Of a DNA stretch of 64,000 bases, positions 9,794-20,103 are shown piece by piece. Below the pieces are notes generated by a model, which made no database searches, was not told the origin of the DNA, and worked only from the letters and a program-made list of their open reading frames with translations. Positions within the stretch are counted from its first letter, which is position 1, and every line of letters begins with the position of its first letter. The position numbers were made by a program, and so were the translations under genes. The stretch lies in the NCBI GenBank assembly GCA_963771075.1, contig CAVYSE010000023.1, positions 32,001 to 96,000 on the forward strand, read 5' to 3'. The DNA comes from a candidate division FCPU426 bacterium (GTDB lineage: Bacteria; Oederibacteriota; Muellerivitia; Muellerivitales; Muellerivitaceae).

Positions 9794-11371
9794 ATGAACC
9801 GTCCGCCTTTGGCTGACCCAATCCGAAGCGTTCCCTTTAAAATCACTCTGGCTTTGTTGAGGCTGTTGCGCATACTAGCGGCTGTTGATTTTTTGGCTTT
9901 GATGCTTACTGGCGGCTATAAGATTCCCTTCACTCCCTTGCGGTCCCTTTACCCTTGTACTTCCCTATTTCTTATTCTTCTCACGACCCTTTTCATCCAT
10001 TGGGCGGGGGGGGATATGACTCCGGGAAAAAAGGATTGGCTGGGAACCGACGGAAGGATTCTCATCATCATTTGGATGGTGTTTTTGGGCAATTTCCGTT
10101 GGAGGGGAAGCGGTGATGTGGTGGCCGCTAGCCTACAGCCCTTCGCCCTTTTGGAGCACGGGCATTTGTACCTTGATGAATATTTCACGATACCGATTGA
10201 TGGGGATGTGAGCGGAGTTTACCGCCGGGGAGGCCACATCCTCTCCAAGTATTCCAGCGCCGCGGGTCTTTGTCTGGTGCCCTTTGACCTGATCCCCGGC
10301 CTGGCGGGAGTCGTCCCAACGGATCTTTTTCTGCACCAAACCCAGAAGATTGGCGCCTCCTTCATGGTGCTTCTTTCTGTTTTTTTTCTTTTGAAAACCC
10401 TGTTCCTTTTTCTTCCCCGCCGGGAAGCCTGGTTTCTGGCCCTCGCCTATTCCTTTGGCACATCGGCTTTGAGCCTCACCAGTCAGGCTATCTGGCAGCA
10501 TGGGCCGGGACAATTGGCCCTCAGCCTTGGCTTGTGGGCTGTGCTGAAAGGCGTGGAAGCTGGAGAAAAAGAGGGGAAGAACTCCCCCGCCCAGTATTTT
10601 GCCATTGGCGGGTTTGCCTTTGCCATGGCGGCCTGGTGCCGATATACCGACATCCTTTTTTTCCCCGCGCCATTGGCCTACATGGTCTTTAAGAAACGCC
10701 GCGGCCTCATCCCTTTTCTTCTCGGTGCCGTCCTGCCCTTCGCGGCCTTGGCGGCAGACAATACATTTCATTCCGGCATTCCTTGGCAGACGGGTTACCC
10801 CGGAAGGGAAACCGAATTCACACGCCACTGGTGGAGGGGTTGGCGGGGATTCTTTTTAGCCCCGCGCGGGGGCTTTTTTTATATTCCCCTTTTCTGGTTT
10901 TACGCTTTCTACGGATTTTACCGCAAATGGAGAAGTAACAACGATGCGTTTCTCTTTAGGGCTCTTATCGATTTCAGCCTTCGCGCTTATTATTCTTATT
11001 TCAAAGTACATTCAATGGTCTGGAGGATTTTGCTTCGGCCCCCGTTATTTGGCGGACATGGACCCGATCCTTGTTTTTGCCTGCGTTCCGGCGGTGTCGC
11101 TGTTGAAATGCGGGGATGGGGGGAGTTCTTCTGCCTGAACGTTGTATTTTCCTTCCTTATCCATTGGATGGGCGCTTACTTGACATGGAAATGGGAAAAT
11201 GAACCTTTATGGTCCCCCTTCCACCATCCCGTTCTATATCTTTTGATAGGAGGGGAAAGCCTGGACGCTGGTACTCGAATTCTATTAACGTCTTCAACCG
11301 CTCTCGTGCTGGGGCTGGCGGGATGGTTTGCCCTGCGTTGGGCCCGGAGTTTCAGGATTCAAACTGCCTGA
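9794..11371 (+). CDS. multi-TM GT-C-like membrane glycosyltransferase with apparent internal compensating frameshifts
   Basis: Many TM segments; family-like motifs SPARGLFLYSP and WSGGFCFGPRYL lie in alternative frames at 10858-11100. Confidence 0.65.
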   Translation: MNRPPLADPIRSVPFKITLALLRLLRILAAVDFLALMLTGGYKIPFTPLRSLYPCTSLFLILLTTLFIHWAGGDMTPGKKDWLGTDGRILIIIWMVFLGNFRWRGSGDVVAASLQPFALLEHGHLYLDEYFTIPIDGDVSGVYRRGGHILSKYSSAAGLCLVPFDLIPGLAGVVPTDLFLHQTQKIGASFMVLLSVFFLLKTLFLFLPRREAWFLALAYSFGTSALSLTSQAIWQHGPGQLALSLGLWAVLKGVEAGEKEGKNSPAQYFAIGGFAFAMAAWCRYTDILFFPAPLAYMVFKKRRGLIPFLLGAVLPFAALAADNTFHSGIPWQTGYPGRETEFTRHWWRGWRGFFLAPRGGFFYIPLFWFYAFYGFYRKWRSNNDAFLFRALIDFSLRAYYSYFKVHSMVWRILLRPPLFGGHGPDPCFCLRSGGVAVEMRGWGEFFCLNVVFSFLIHWMGAYLTWKWENEPLWSPFHHPVLYLLIGGESLDAGTRILLTSSTALVLGLAGWFALRWARSFRIQTA

Positions 11372-11397
11372 TAAATTATTTATTGATTTTTCCCCAA

Positions 11398-12576
11398 TCA
11401 AGTATTTGTGTGTTGGATAAGTTTTTCTTTATTCCAAAGCCCCAGTTGAAGCCCTATAAGGGCAAATTGAAGGTACATGAACTGCTGGGCAAAGGTGAAC
11501 TCGGTCAGACCCCATGCAAGAGCCGCTATAAAACAACAGGTCATCGTCCAATTCAGGTTCTGCTCGTTCAGGTCTTTACCTTTAAAACGGATGGCGTTTA
11601 AAAAAAAACAAAAAATCCAACCCAGGTAAACAGTTAAACCTTGCCAGCCGTTTTGGACCGTGATTTGAAGGAAGTTGTTGTGCAAATGAGGTTCGGTCAC
11701 TTCTACCAGCCCTTTCGGATGGTATCGGGGAAAGATCACGCCGATATTACCCTGGCCTATTCCCCAGGGATAATCCCGGATGATACGCAAACCCGAATCC
11801 CAGATCAGGATGCGGGTTTGGTCGCTGTAGTCCACCTCGTGTTTTTCGTCAAAGTGGGTTTCCACGCGGGTAATGCTTTTGATCTTGTCCTGTAGATAAA
11901 CCGGCATGAAGAAGTAACCCACAATGCCGGCCATCAACCCCGCAAGAAGCCACTTTCGGTTGAGGCGGCCGCCTAAGATCAAAAAACCGGCTGCCAGCCC
12001 AACCCATGCCCCGCGGGTTTCAGTTAAAAGAAGCGCTGCGAGGTTGAGCACTACCCCTGCCCAGAGGGGTAGATTCTTAGGTTGCAGCATGAGGAAGCCC
12101 AATTGAAGGATAAGGGCAGTCATGAGCAGGCCACCGAAGACGATTTTGTCGCCGGAGAATGAATCGATTCGATCCTGATGCAACCAATAATGTTTCCCGA
12201 TTCCGCAAACCGCGCAAAAGACGGTTCCCCAGATGAAAAAAGCCAGAATTTTGCGGATTTCCACCGCCGCCAGACCCATGGATCCGACAAAAAGGATTAG
12301 GAGAATAGTCAGGTAACGGTGAACGGTTTCAAAGCTATTGGCCTGATTGACGCCGAGCAAGGCACCTAGGTAAAAAGTGAAGACCCATAAAAGTGTAAGG
12401 ACCAGAAATGGATCCCAGCGGATAGGGGTGTGGGATGGGTCCCGGAAATAAAGCCAAAGGATCCAAAGTGCCGGGAGCCAGACCAGGTTTTGTAGCGCGA
12501 TGGAAGCTGTGGAAACGAAGAAGAAAAACGCCAAGGAAAAGAAAAAGAACCGGCGGGAGGTTGGAGGAATATTCAT
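11398..12576 (-). CDS. O-antigen ligase (WaaL/Wzy_C) family protein
   Basis: Multi-TM; LTETRGAW, TRILIW...GIG, HLHNNFLQ motifs. Confidence 0.85.
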   Translation of the reverse strand: MNIPPTSRRFFFFSLAFFFFVSTASIALQNLVWLPALWILWLYFRDPSHTPIRWDPFLVLTLLWVFTFYLGALLGVNQANSFETVHRYLTILLILFVGSMGLAAVEIRKILAFFIWGTVFCAVCGIGKHYWLHQDRIDSFSGDKIVFGGLLMTALILQLGFLMLQPKNLPLWAGVVLNLAALLLTETRGAWVGLAAGFLILGGRLNRKWLLAGLMAGIVGYFFMPVYLQDKIKSITRVETHFDEKHEVDYSDQTRILIWDSGLRIIRDYPWGIGQGNIGVIFPRYHPKGLVEVTEPHLHNNFLQITVQNGWQGLTVYLGWIFCFFLNAIRFKGKDLNEQNLNWTMTCCFIAALAWGLTEFTFAQQFMYLQFALIGLQLGLWNKEKLIQHTNT

Positions 12577-12585
12577 GGGATTAAA

Positions 12586-14124
12586 TTATAAACGCTTTTG
12601 GGAAGTGCAAAAAGAGGATGGGGTTGTCCCTCGAAGCGGGATCAAACGGTAAAGAATCAGGATGGATTTATCCGGCAGGTCATAGCGCGCGACCAAGCTG
12701 TAACCGGCTGGGGCAGGCCCGATGAAATCCTTGCGTTGGGCGACAAAAGAAGCGTTTTCGTTTTCCGTTTTTAATAAAGAAACCCCATATTTCAAGGCGT
12801 AGTAGGTAAATCCCCAGCCGTTAAAAAACATGGTATCCAGGCAATCAGTCCTTAAGTTCCTTTCCTTTTCCGGAAAACGCGAAATGACCTGGAAGAGTTC
12901 CTCCTGGTGCCATTGTTCATGGGTGGGAGGACTCGCAGTGGTATAAACGGATTGGGCGAAAACCTTAACGGGACCCCAGCTTATTTCTTGGGGAAGGAAG
13001 CTAAATCCGAAACTCATGACCCAGAAGGATAAGACGCAATAAGAGACGATCCCGGTCCGCGCCAAAGACTTCAACCAAGGGGTTTTAATCAGTGAAACCC
13101 AATAAACGGAAATTATCGAAACTCCCACCATCATAGGCATGATGTATCTCACATCCCTGTGAGATGGCAATAAAAATACATAATTCCCAATAATCAAAAG
13201 TAGGGGAAGACGATTCGCCTTATGCCGTCGTGAAAAGCCGATGACTAGGCCGAGAACAAATAAAGCGGTTGGGCAAAGGTACGTCTGGATGGTTTCAAAC
13301 ATGACAGGATAGCACAGGAGGTTAGGGATGCTATACCAAGGGCCGACCAGGGTGATGGAAGAATTGCCCGACAGATCATTTATTAGCATTCGCGGGTGAT
13401 TACCGTACCAGAGTAGGGTGACGCAAAAAGCTATAAGGGCCGACCGAAAGACGTTCCAGAGAATCGTGGACCTTACGGGCCCTTTAACACCTCTGGCGAT
13501 CCAAATTTCGTGGGCCAAGGGCAACATCATGCAATGGATGAAGGTCCATTTGGTGAGCATCCCGAGACCGAAGATGAGGCCAAAGATCATCGACTTCCGA
13601 TAATCCGTGAAATGTCTCGTCCTAATCAGAGCATACAAGCTCCACGCCACCATGGCTGAAAGCTCGACATCAAGTTGGTATTCCTTGAATTGGGAAACGA
13701 ACATGGGTAGAGAAAGTACGAAAATCGCGGATAACAGGCCGGTTGAGCGATTCCAGAGATCTATGCCGATCCCGTAAATCGAGAAAGCCAGTATGGCAAT
13801 AAAGACCACGTTGCTCATGATTGCGACCGTCATGGAGGTTCCGAAAAGAAGATAGAAGGGAAGTGTGGTCCAATACCGGAAGGGGGGATAAAAGTAATAA
13901 TTCGTCCATAAGTGATAAAAGGTTCTCGGCTGCAACTCGTGAAGATACAAGAGACTTGTCCATAGGTGACGGGCCTCATCCCAATGGGGCGGTCTCGTCT
14001 CCGCTGTAACATAAAAATAATTCAATACGCTTACTAATCCGATCAAGAGCGCGAGTAGAAAGACGTCCCTGGACGGCCAGCGGGGTGAATCAGAAAGGGT
14101 CAGGTTGGAGCCGTAATTTTCCAA
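12586..14124 (-). CDS. ArnT/PMT-like (GT39/GT83) membrane glycosyltransferase
   Basis: WDEARH, YPP, GLGMLTKW, RY motifs; multi-TM. Confidence 0.8.
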   Translation of the reverse strand: MENYGSNLTLSDSPRWPSRDVFLLALLIGLVSVLNYFYVTAETRPPHWDEARHLWTSLLYLHELQPRTFYHLWTNYYFYPPFRYWTTLPFYLLFGTSMTVAIMSNVVFIAILAFSIYGIGIDLWNRSTGLLSAIFVLSLPMFVSQFKEYQLDVELSAMVAWSLYALIRTRHFTDYRKSMIFGLIFGLGMLTKWTFIHCMMLPLAHEIWIARGVKGPVRSTILWNVFRSALIAFCVTLLWYGNHPRMLINDLSGNSSITLVGPWYSIPNLLCYPVMFETIQTYLCPTALFVLGLVIGFSRRHKANRLPLLLIIGNYVFLLPSHRDVRYIMPMMVGVSIISVYWVSLIKTPWLKSLARTGIVSYCVLSFWVMSFGFSFLPQEISWGPVKVFAQSVYTTASPPTHEQWHQEELFQVISRFPEKERNLRTDCLDTMFFNGWGFTYYALKYGVSLLKTENENASFVAQRKDFIGPAPAGYSLVARYDLPDKSILILYRLIPLRGTTPSSFCTSQKRL

Positions 14125-14297
14125 GATTGAATACCTTCAATTATTTTTGGCGGACAAGCCGTGCGTGCTTGATTCGCGATTTGAAAGGGAAAAAGGCATG
14201 TTCTTCCATGATTAGATCACTTGTCGGGAAGGATTGCGTTAAGGATTATAAGGCTAATCGAATTAGGTCCGAATGATCCTGTTGATCAGATTGTTCG

Positions 14298-14326
14298 TTG
14301 ACAGCCCCTGTGGTGAATGTTTAAAT
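14298..14326 (+). promoter_or_regulatory. putative sigma70 promoter for the ABC ATPase gene
   Basis: TTGACA (14298-14303), 17-bp spacer, TG-n-TTAAAT (extended -10-like). Confidence 0.5.
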
Positions 14327-14491
14327 ACTCAAGGTTTTTCAGGGTTTTCGGAGGAACTTTGGGCCGAAACCCATGCTGGTTCTGAAGCGTTCCCGTTCGA
14401 CGGCTCCCCTTTTTCATATCCATCAGGGGGGCGCGCAGCCCCTGGAAACAGGAGTCTCGAGGCGATTCGGTCCCTATCTTTGGAGGAAATC

Positions 14492-15598
14492 ATGGCGAAG
14501 GTCGTCCTAAAGAACGTGAATAAGGTTTACGGCAACAACGTGGTGGCCGTGAATAACGTCAATATCGAGATCGCGGACAAGGAATTCTTGATTCTGGTGG
14601 GCCCCTCGGGCTGTGGCAAATCGACAACCCTTCGCATGGTCGCTGGTCTTGAAGAACTCTCTGGGGGTGAGATTCGCATTGATGATGTGCTGGTCAACGA
14701 CGTTCCTCCCAAGGACCGGGACATTGCCATGGTTTTCCAAAACTACGCCCTTTACCCCCATATGACGGTGTTCGACAACATGGCGTTCGGCCTGAAACTG
14801 CGGAAATACCCTAAGGAAGAGATTAAGCAAAGGGTTTACGAGGCCGCTAATATATTGGGTATTCAAGAGCTTCTGGCCCGTCGCCCCAAGGAACTATCCG
14901 GCGGTCAGCGCCAGCGCGTTGCGGTGGGCCGGGCCATAGTGCGCAAACCGAAGGTGTTCCTGTTCGACGAGCCCCTCTCCAACTTGGACGCCAAACTTCG
15001 AGTGCAGATGCGCGCTGAAATATCAAAGCTTCACACCCGCCTTCAGGCCACGATGATTTACGTGACCCACGACCAGTTGGAAGCCATGACGATGGGCGAC
15101 CGCATCGCGGTTATGAAGGATGGGTTCGTCCAGCAGATTGCCGATCCCCTGACCCTTTACGAGAAGCCCGTCAACAAGTTCGTGGCCGGCTTCATCGGCA
15201 CCCCCGCCATGAACTTTATGGAAGGGACCCTCAACAAAAAACGCACTGGAATTTATTTCAATGAGGAAAATTTCGAGATCAAGTTACCCGACCAATTCGC
15301 GCCCCAAGTGGAAAGCCACGTGGGCCGGGACGTCATTTTAGGAGTGCGGCCTGAGGATATCCACGACAAGATGGATGCCGCCAACGCTTCTCCCGACAAC
15401 ACGATTAGCGCGACAGTTGAAATCATCGAACCTCTCGGCGCGGAGGCCTATTTGTACCTGACCACGGGCAAAAGTCCATTTATCGCCCGTGTTTCCAGCC
15501 ACGATCAAATCGAGATCAACCAGGATATCGAGCTGGTCTTTAACATGCAAAAATCGCACATCTTCGACAAAGAAACGGAGAAGTGCCTGACCACCTAA
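14492..15598 (+). CDS. MalK/MsmX-type sugar ABC transporter ATP-binding protein
   Basis: GPSGCGKST, FQNYALYPH, LSGGQRQR, DEPLSNLD, C-terminal TOBE; GGAGG RBS at 14482-14486. Confidence 0.95.
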   Translation: MAKVVLKNVNKVYGNNVVAVNNVNIEIADKEFLILVGPSGCGKSTTLRMVAGLEELSGGEIRIDDVLVNDVPPKDRDIAMVFQNYALYPHMTVFDNMAFGLKLRKYPKEEIKQRVYEAANILGIQELLARRPKELSGGQRQRVAVGRAIVRKPKVFLFDEPLSNLDAKLRVQMRAEISKLHTRLQATMIYVTHDQLEAMTMGDRIAVMKDGFVQQIADPLTLYEKPVNKFVAGFIGTPAMNFMEGTLNKKRTGIYFNEENFEIKLPDQFAPQVESHVGRDVILGVRPEDIHDKMDAANASPDNTISATVEIIEPLGAEAYLYLTTGKSPFIARVSSHDQIEINQDIELVFNMQKSHIFDKETEKCLTT

Positions 15599-15624
15599 GC
15601 CTTCGGGGAGTTGGATTCTTATTG

Positions 15625-15655
15625 AAAACCGGAGCGGGTAACCGCTCCGGTTTTT
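15625..15655 (+). terminator. intrinsic terminator (possibly bidirectional)
   Basis: AAAACCGGAGCGG-GTAA-CCGCTCCGGTTTTT perfect stem with U-tract. Confidence 0.85.
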
Positions 15656-15705
15656 GAGTTTATAATGGGGTCTTCAACCTTCTTTTACCTCGTGAGGGAG
15701 TATTT

Positions 15706-17013
15706 ATGCGGATCGCGGTGGTAGGTACGGGATATGTGGGTTTGGTGACGGGTTCCTGTTTCGCGGACCTGGGCAACCAAGTCATTTGCGTGGACGTGGA
15801 CCGCAAAAAGATCAAGGGCCTGCAAAAGGGCGTGGTCCCGATTTTTGAACCGGGTTTGGAAGAAGTTGTCCATCGAAATATGGGCAACCGCCTTACCTTT
15901 ACAACCGACTTGGCCAAGTCGGTCCGGGAATCCGACTTCATTTTCATCGCGGTCAGTACTCCCCCGGGCAAGGACGGGGAGGCGGATATCACCAATGTAA
16001 AGGCGGTAGCCCGTGGAATCGCCAAGGCCATCAATCGATACAAAATCATCATCAATAAAAGCACTGTTCCCATCGGCATGGGAGATGTGGTCACCCAGAT
16101 CATCATCAAGAACGGCCCTAAGGACGTTGCTTTTGACGTGGTTTCAAATCCTGAGTTTCTAAGGGAAGGTTCGGCGGTCATGGACCTTTTGCACCCCGAC
16201 CGGGTGGTCATCGGAGCCACCCGCCGATCGGCGGCCCAGAAGGTTGCGGAAATCTACAAACCCCTCAATAGCCCCGTTCTTATTACTGACCTGAAAAGCG
16301 CGGAGATGATCAAGTACGCCTCTAACGCTTTCTTGGCCACGAAGATCTCCTTTATCAACGAGATCGCTAATCTTTGCGACGCAGTGGGAGCGGATATCGG
16401 ACAGGTGGCCAAGGGAATGTCATATGACCCGCGTATCGGCGGCCAGTTCCTGAATGCCGGGTTGGGTTTCGGCGGGAGTTGCTTCCCGAAAGACGTATCC
16501 GCCCTTATCAAGATTGGTCAGAAGAGCCGGGCAGCTTTTCGGATCCTGCCCCAGGTAATGGATGTGAACCAAAACCAAAGATCCCTGTTCCTTCAAAAAA
16601 TTCGCCAAGTGTTGGGCCCCGTGAAAGGCAAAACTCTCGCGGTATGGGGCCTTTCGTTCAAGCCCAATACCGATGATATGCGCGAGGCCCCATCCCTGAC
16701 GATCATCCCCGCCCTCCTAAAGGCCAAGGCCAGCCTGAGACTATATGATCCCGTGGCAATGGAGAGGGCGAGGGACCATTTCAAGGGCGTAAGATTCGTC
16801 AAAAACCCCTATGAGGCCGCCCAAGGCGCCGACGCTGTGCTTGTTCTCACGGAATGGAATGAGTTCAAACAGGTGGATTTCAAGAAGCTTCGGGGGATCA
16901 TGCGACGGGCGGTGGTCATCGATGGGCGTAACATGTACGGCAGCGAGGAATTGACCGAAGAGGGATTCGCCTATTACGGCATGGGCCGGGGCGAGGTACT
17001 GGATTTCGGCTGA
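15706..17013 (+). CDS. ugd: UDP-glucose 6-dehydrogenase
   Basis: GTGYVG, KSTVP, NPEFLREG, GFGGSCFPKD, KPNTDDMRE. Confidence 0.93.
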   Translation: MRIAVVGTGYVGLVTGSCFADLGNQVICVDVDRKKIKGLQKGVVPIFEPGLEEVVHRNMGNRLTFTTDLAKSVRESDFIFIAVSTPPGKDGEADITNVKAVARGIAKAINRYKIIINKSTVPIGMGDVVTQIIIKNGPKDVAFDVVSNPEFLREGSAVMDLLHPDRVVIGATRRSAAQKVAEIYKPLNSPVLITDLKSAEMIKYASNAFLATKISFINEIANLCDAVGADIGQVAKGMSYDPRIGGQFLNAGLGFGGSCFPKDVSALIKIGQKSRAAFRILPQVMDVNQNQRSLFLQKIRQVLGPVKGKTLAVWGLSFKPNTDDMREAPSLTIIPALLKAKASLRLYDPVAMERARDHFKGVRFVKNPYEAAQGADAVLVLTEWNEFKQVDFKKLRGIMRRAVVIDGRNMYGSEELTEEGFAYYGMGRGEVLDFG

Positions 17014-17034
17014 TACCCGAGAGAAAGGCGTTCA

Positions 17035-17907
17035 TTGAAAATCGCTCTATTGGGATCAACGGGAATGCTGGGTTCGCGGGTGGCCCAGGAACTTTCCCGC
17101 CGTTCGCATCAGGTCCTGACGCCCAATCGGGACCAGGCGGATCTCACACGGCCTCTTTTACTGGAGAAGTTCTTCCGAGAAAACGATTTTGAGATATTAA
17201 TCAACTGCGCTGGCTATACGCGGGTGGATTTTTGCGAGGAACCCTCCCAGTTCCCCATCGCGCAGGCCGTAAATGGTTCCGGAGTAGCTTGGCTGGCTCG
17301 GTTTTGCCGTCAAACGAAACGGTTCCTTGTCCATTATTCCACCGATTACGTTTTTGACGGTTCCAAGGATGGCCCCTATGAGGAGTCGGATAGGCCCCAT
17401 CCGCTGAACGCCTACGGGCGTACCAAGTGGGAGGGGGAAAGGCTTTTGATGGCCGAAAACCCAAATTATTACATTATCCGAACCTCTTGGCTTTTCGGCC
17501 CGGGAGGCCGGAAACATTTCGTGACCTCGATGCTGGATATTTTCCGCACCCGTCCAAAGGCCGAGGTTGTTTCCGACCAGGTTGGCGCGCCCACCTATGC
17601 TCCCGACCTTGCCTGGTTTACCCTGGAGCTGTTGGAACGGAAAATTCCACCGGGAATCTTTCATTTTGCAAATAGGGGTTTTGCCTCATGGTTTGACTTT
17701 GCCGTATCGATCCAGGCAAAGAGCGGTTTGACCCAATGCCGGCTAGTGCCTGCCCTTACCGAGTTCGTATTCCGGCCCGCAGTTCGTCCCTCCAATTCCC
17801 GATTCAGCCTGGACCGTGTGGAGGGAATCCTGGGTAAACCAATCCGTCCTTGGACCGAGGCGTTGGACGAATATCTCACCAAGGAACTCGGAATTGAAAA
17901 AGCTTGA
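17035..17907 (+). CDS. rfbD: dTDP-4-dehydrorhamnose reductase
   Basis: GSTGMLG, STDYVFDG, YGRTK, DQVGAPT. Confidence 0.9.
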   Translation: MKIALLGSTGMLGSRVAQELSRRSHQVLTPNRDQADLTRPLLLEKFFRENDFEILINCAGYTRVDFCEEPSQFPIAQAVNGSGVAWLARFCRQTKRFLVHYSTDYVFDGSKDGPYEESDRPHPLNAYGRTKWEGERLLMAENPNYYIIRTSWLFGPGGRKHFVTSMLDIFRTRPKAEVVSDQVGAPTYAPDLAWFTLELLERKIPPGIFHFANRGFASWFDFAVSIQAKSGLTQCRLVPALTEFVFRPAVRPSNSRFSLDRVEGILGKPIRPWTEALDEYLTKELGIEKA

Positions 17908-18640
17908 TCTATCGGTGGTGATACCGGTTTATAACGAGGAAAAACGCCTCCCCAAGACCTTGGATGAGTCCTTAAGCTACTTGAAAAAATCCAAATTGAG
18001 CCATGAAATTCTTATTGTCGATGACGGCTCCAAGGACTTGACCTTAGAAAAAGTGGAATACTTCCGAAAAAAAGGGGGAGGCAGAGCTATTCGAGTTCTA
18101 AAACAGGAAGTTAATCAAGGCAAAGGGGCGGCGGTTAAAAGGGGTGCTTTGGAAGCGCAAGGAGAGATCATCCTTTACATGGACGCGGATAACGCGACCC
18201 CGCTTGATCAATTTGAAAGATTTCGACCCCAGTTCAATAAGGGGACCGATGTGGTCGTTGGGAGCCGGGCGATTGACCGAAGTATGGTGAAAGTTCATCA
18301 ACCCATTTATCGGGAAGCCATGGGTAGGTTTTTTAATGTTTTGGTTCAGTTAGCGGCCACTCCGGGCCTGCAAGACACCCAATGCGGGTTCAAGGCCTTT
18401 CGGCGCAGGGCCGCCCAGGCGGTATTTCCATTGCAAACGATCCACCGGTTTGGCTTTGACGTTGAAGTCCTTTATATAGCGCGCAAACAAGGCTGGTCCA
18501 TGACCGAGACGCCGGTGGAATGGTTCGACGCCCCTGGATCAAAAGTCCACGTATTCCGGGATTCCTCGACCATGTTTCTGGACCTGCTACTGATCCGCTA
18601 CAACGATCTTGCGGGCCGATACAAATCAAAACCCTCCTGA
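17894..18640 (+). CDS. GT2, dolichyl/polyprenyl-phosphate beta-glucosyltransferase-like
   Basis: VIPVYNEEKRL, VDDGSKD, NQGKGAAV, DADNATP, DTQCGFK, FGFDVE; TTG start inferred. Confidence 0.88.
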   Translation: MKKLDLSVVIPVYNEEKRLPKTLDESLSYLKKSKLSHEILIVDDGSKDLTLEKVEYFRKKGGGRAIRVLKQEVNQGKGAAVKRGALEAQGEIILYMDADNATPLDQFERFRPQFNKGTDVVVGSRAIDRSMVKVHQPIYREAMGRFFNVLVQLAATPGLQDTQCGFKAFRRRAAQAVFPLQTIHRFGFDVEVLYIARKQGWSMTETPVEWFDAPGSKVHVFRDSSTMFLDLLLIRYNDLAGRYKSKPS

Positions 18641-18651
18641 AAGGCCTCTCC

Positions 18652-20103
18652 ATGGATTCCGCGGAAGGCCGGGCCCGCCGAATCGGTCGAAACACACTTT
18701 TTCTCCTTTCCACGGACGTGGCGGCCCGTCTGTTTTCATGGGCAGCCCTAGCTTTTCTTTGGCGTCAATGGACGGTTGAGACCTATGGCCAGTACGCCCT
18801 AATCAAAAACCTAGTGGCGGTATTCGCGACCGCTAGCGACATGGGATTGAACGCACTCACCATCCGAGAAGTGGCTTTCCGTAAGGATTTAGCCGGGTTT
18901 TATCTGCGTAATGTTATGGGAATCCGTGTGCTCTTTTCCTTAATTCTCATCGTGATACTTCTCTCCACTGGATATGTTTTGGGTTATGAGAAAACCATTC
19001 AAATTGGACTATTGATTATGGGCCTGAGGTTGCTTTTGGATTGTTCCTCGGGAGCCTATGTTTACCTTCTCCAGGCGCATGAACGGATGGGAATTCATGG
19101 GAGCATCATTATGGGAGCCAGTTTGTTTCGATTGGTAGGTACCGTCTTGGTGGTCGCCTTGGGCGGGGGTTTGACTCCGGTTTGTGCTGTTTGGGTCTTA
19201 AGCAGTGGGGTGACCTTGTTTGTGTTGGGAACCATGGGTACCCGAATGGGCTGGAAACTGGAATTTTCCATTTGGAACTGGGAAGAGGCCTACGGGGTGC
19301 TCCGGAACGCGCTTCCTCTGGCGGCTTTTGGGGCCTTTCAAATGCTTTATTACAGAGTGGACTCCATATTGCTGAAGAGTTTGAAAGGAAACGCATCGGT
19401 GGGCCTCTACGACGCTGCCGCGACTTTCTTGCTGGTGATTCTTTCCTTTTCCCAACATTTTGGGCTCTCAACTTTTCCCGTTTTTTCGACCGACCAAAAC
19501 CAAAAATCGGAATTTAAGAGGTTGGCCAGGAGATCTGTAAAATTTCTGATGGTTATGGGGTTTCCTATTTCCGTTGGCGGATTCCTCCTTGCCGGGCCCT
19601 TGATGTCTTTCGTCGGTGGCTCGAAATACATTTCCTCGGCACCCGGTTTTTCCATTTTGGCCCTTTCAACGGTTCCTTTTTTTCTTTCCAATGTTTATGT
19701 GAACGTGCTCATGGTGCGAAAGCCCAAGGCGTTGGTTTATCTTTATTTATTTCTCTTCGCGTTGAATGTGGGGCTTAATCTTTTATTGATTCCACGGTGG
19801 GACACCGTGGGCGCTGCTTGGGCCACTGTATTATGCGAGATTTTTGGCGTAATGCTTGGTTTGGGTCTGATTCGAAATGACCTAAGGCTGGAAGGTTCCA
19901 AAGGTTTTTTATGGTCATTAGTCGCTTCGGGTTTGGCGGCGGGCCTAATGGGACTAGGCATCAATTGGGACCCGCGCCTCTATTGGCTATTCCTGGGACC
20001 ACTAGTTTACGGCTTCGCCTTTTGGGTTTTGGGTGGTGTGGAAAAGGAGGATTGGCGGGCTCTTCGGAGTTTTGCGACCGGTAGGAAGGCTACCGTCGAT
20101 TAA
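18652..20103 (+). CDS. Wzx-family flippase
   Basis: Multi-TM; YGQY, DMGLN, YYRVDSILL, VGLY, GAAWAT motifs. Confidence 0.88.
   Translation: MDSAEGRARRIGRNTLFLLSTDVAARLFSWAALAFLWRQWTVETYGQYALIKNLVAVFATASDMGLNALTIREVAFRKDLAGFYLRNVMGIRVLFSLILIVILLSTGYVLGYEKTIQIGLLIMGLRLLLDCSSGAYVYLLQAHERMGIHGSIIMGASLFRLVGTVLVVALGGGLTPVCAVWVLSSGVTLFVLGTMGTRMGWKLEFSIWNWEEAYGVLRNALPLAAFGAFQMLYYRVDSILLKSLKGNASVGLYDAAATFLLVILSFSQHFGLSTFPVFSTDQNQKSEFKRLARRSVKFLMVMGFPISVGGFLLAGPLMSFVGGSKYISSAPGFSILALSTVPFFLSNVYVNVLMVRKPKALVYLYLFLFALNVGLNLLLIPRWDTVGAAWATVLCEIFGVMLGLGLIRNDLRLEGSKGFLWSLVASGLAAGLMGLGINWDPRLYWLFLGPLVYGFAFWVLGGVEKEDWRALRSFATGRKATVD

Noticed and set aside
14273..14491. 73-aa N-terminal extension of the ABC ATPase in the ORF track
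   Set aside because: A strong RBS precedes ATG 14492 and the MalK-like sequence begins there; the extension overlaps the promoter and leader
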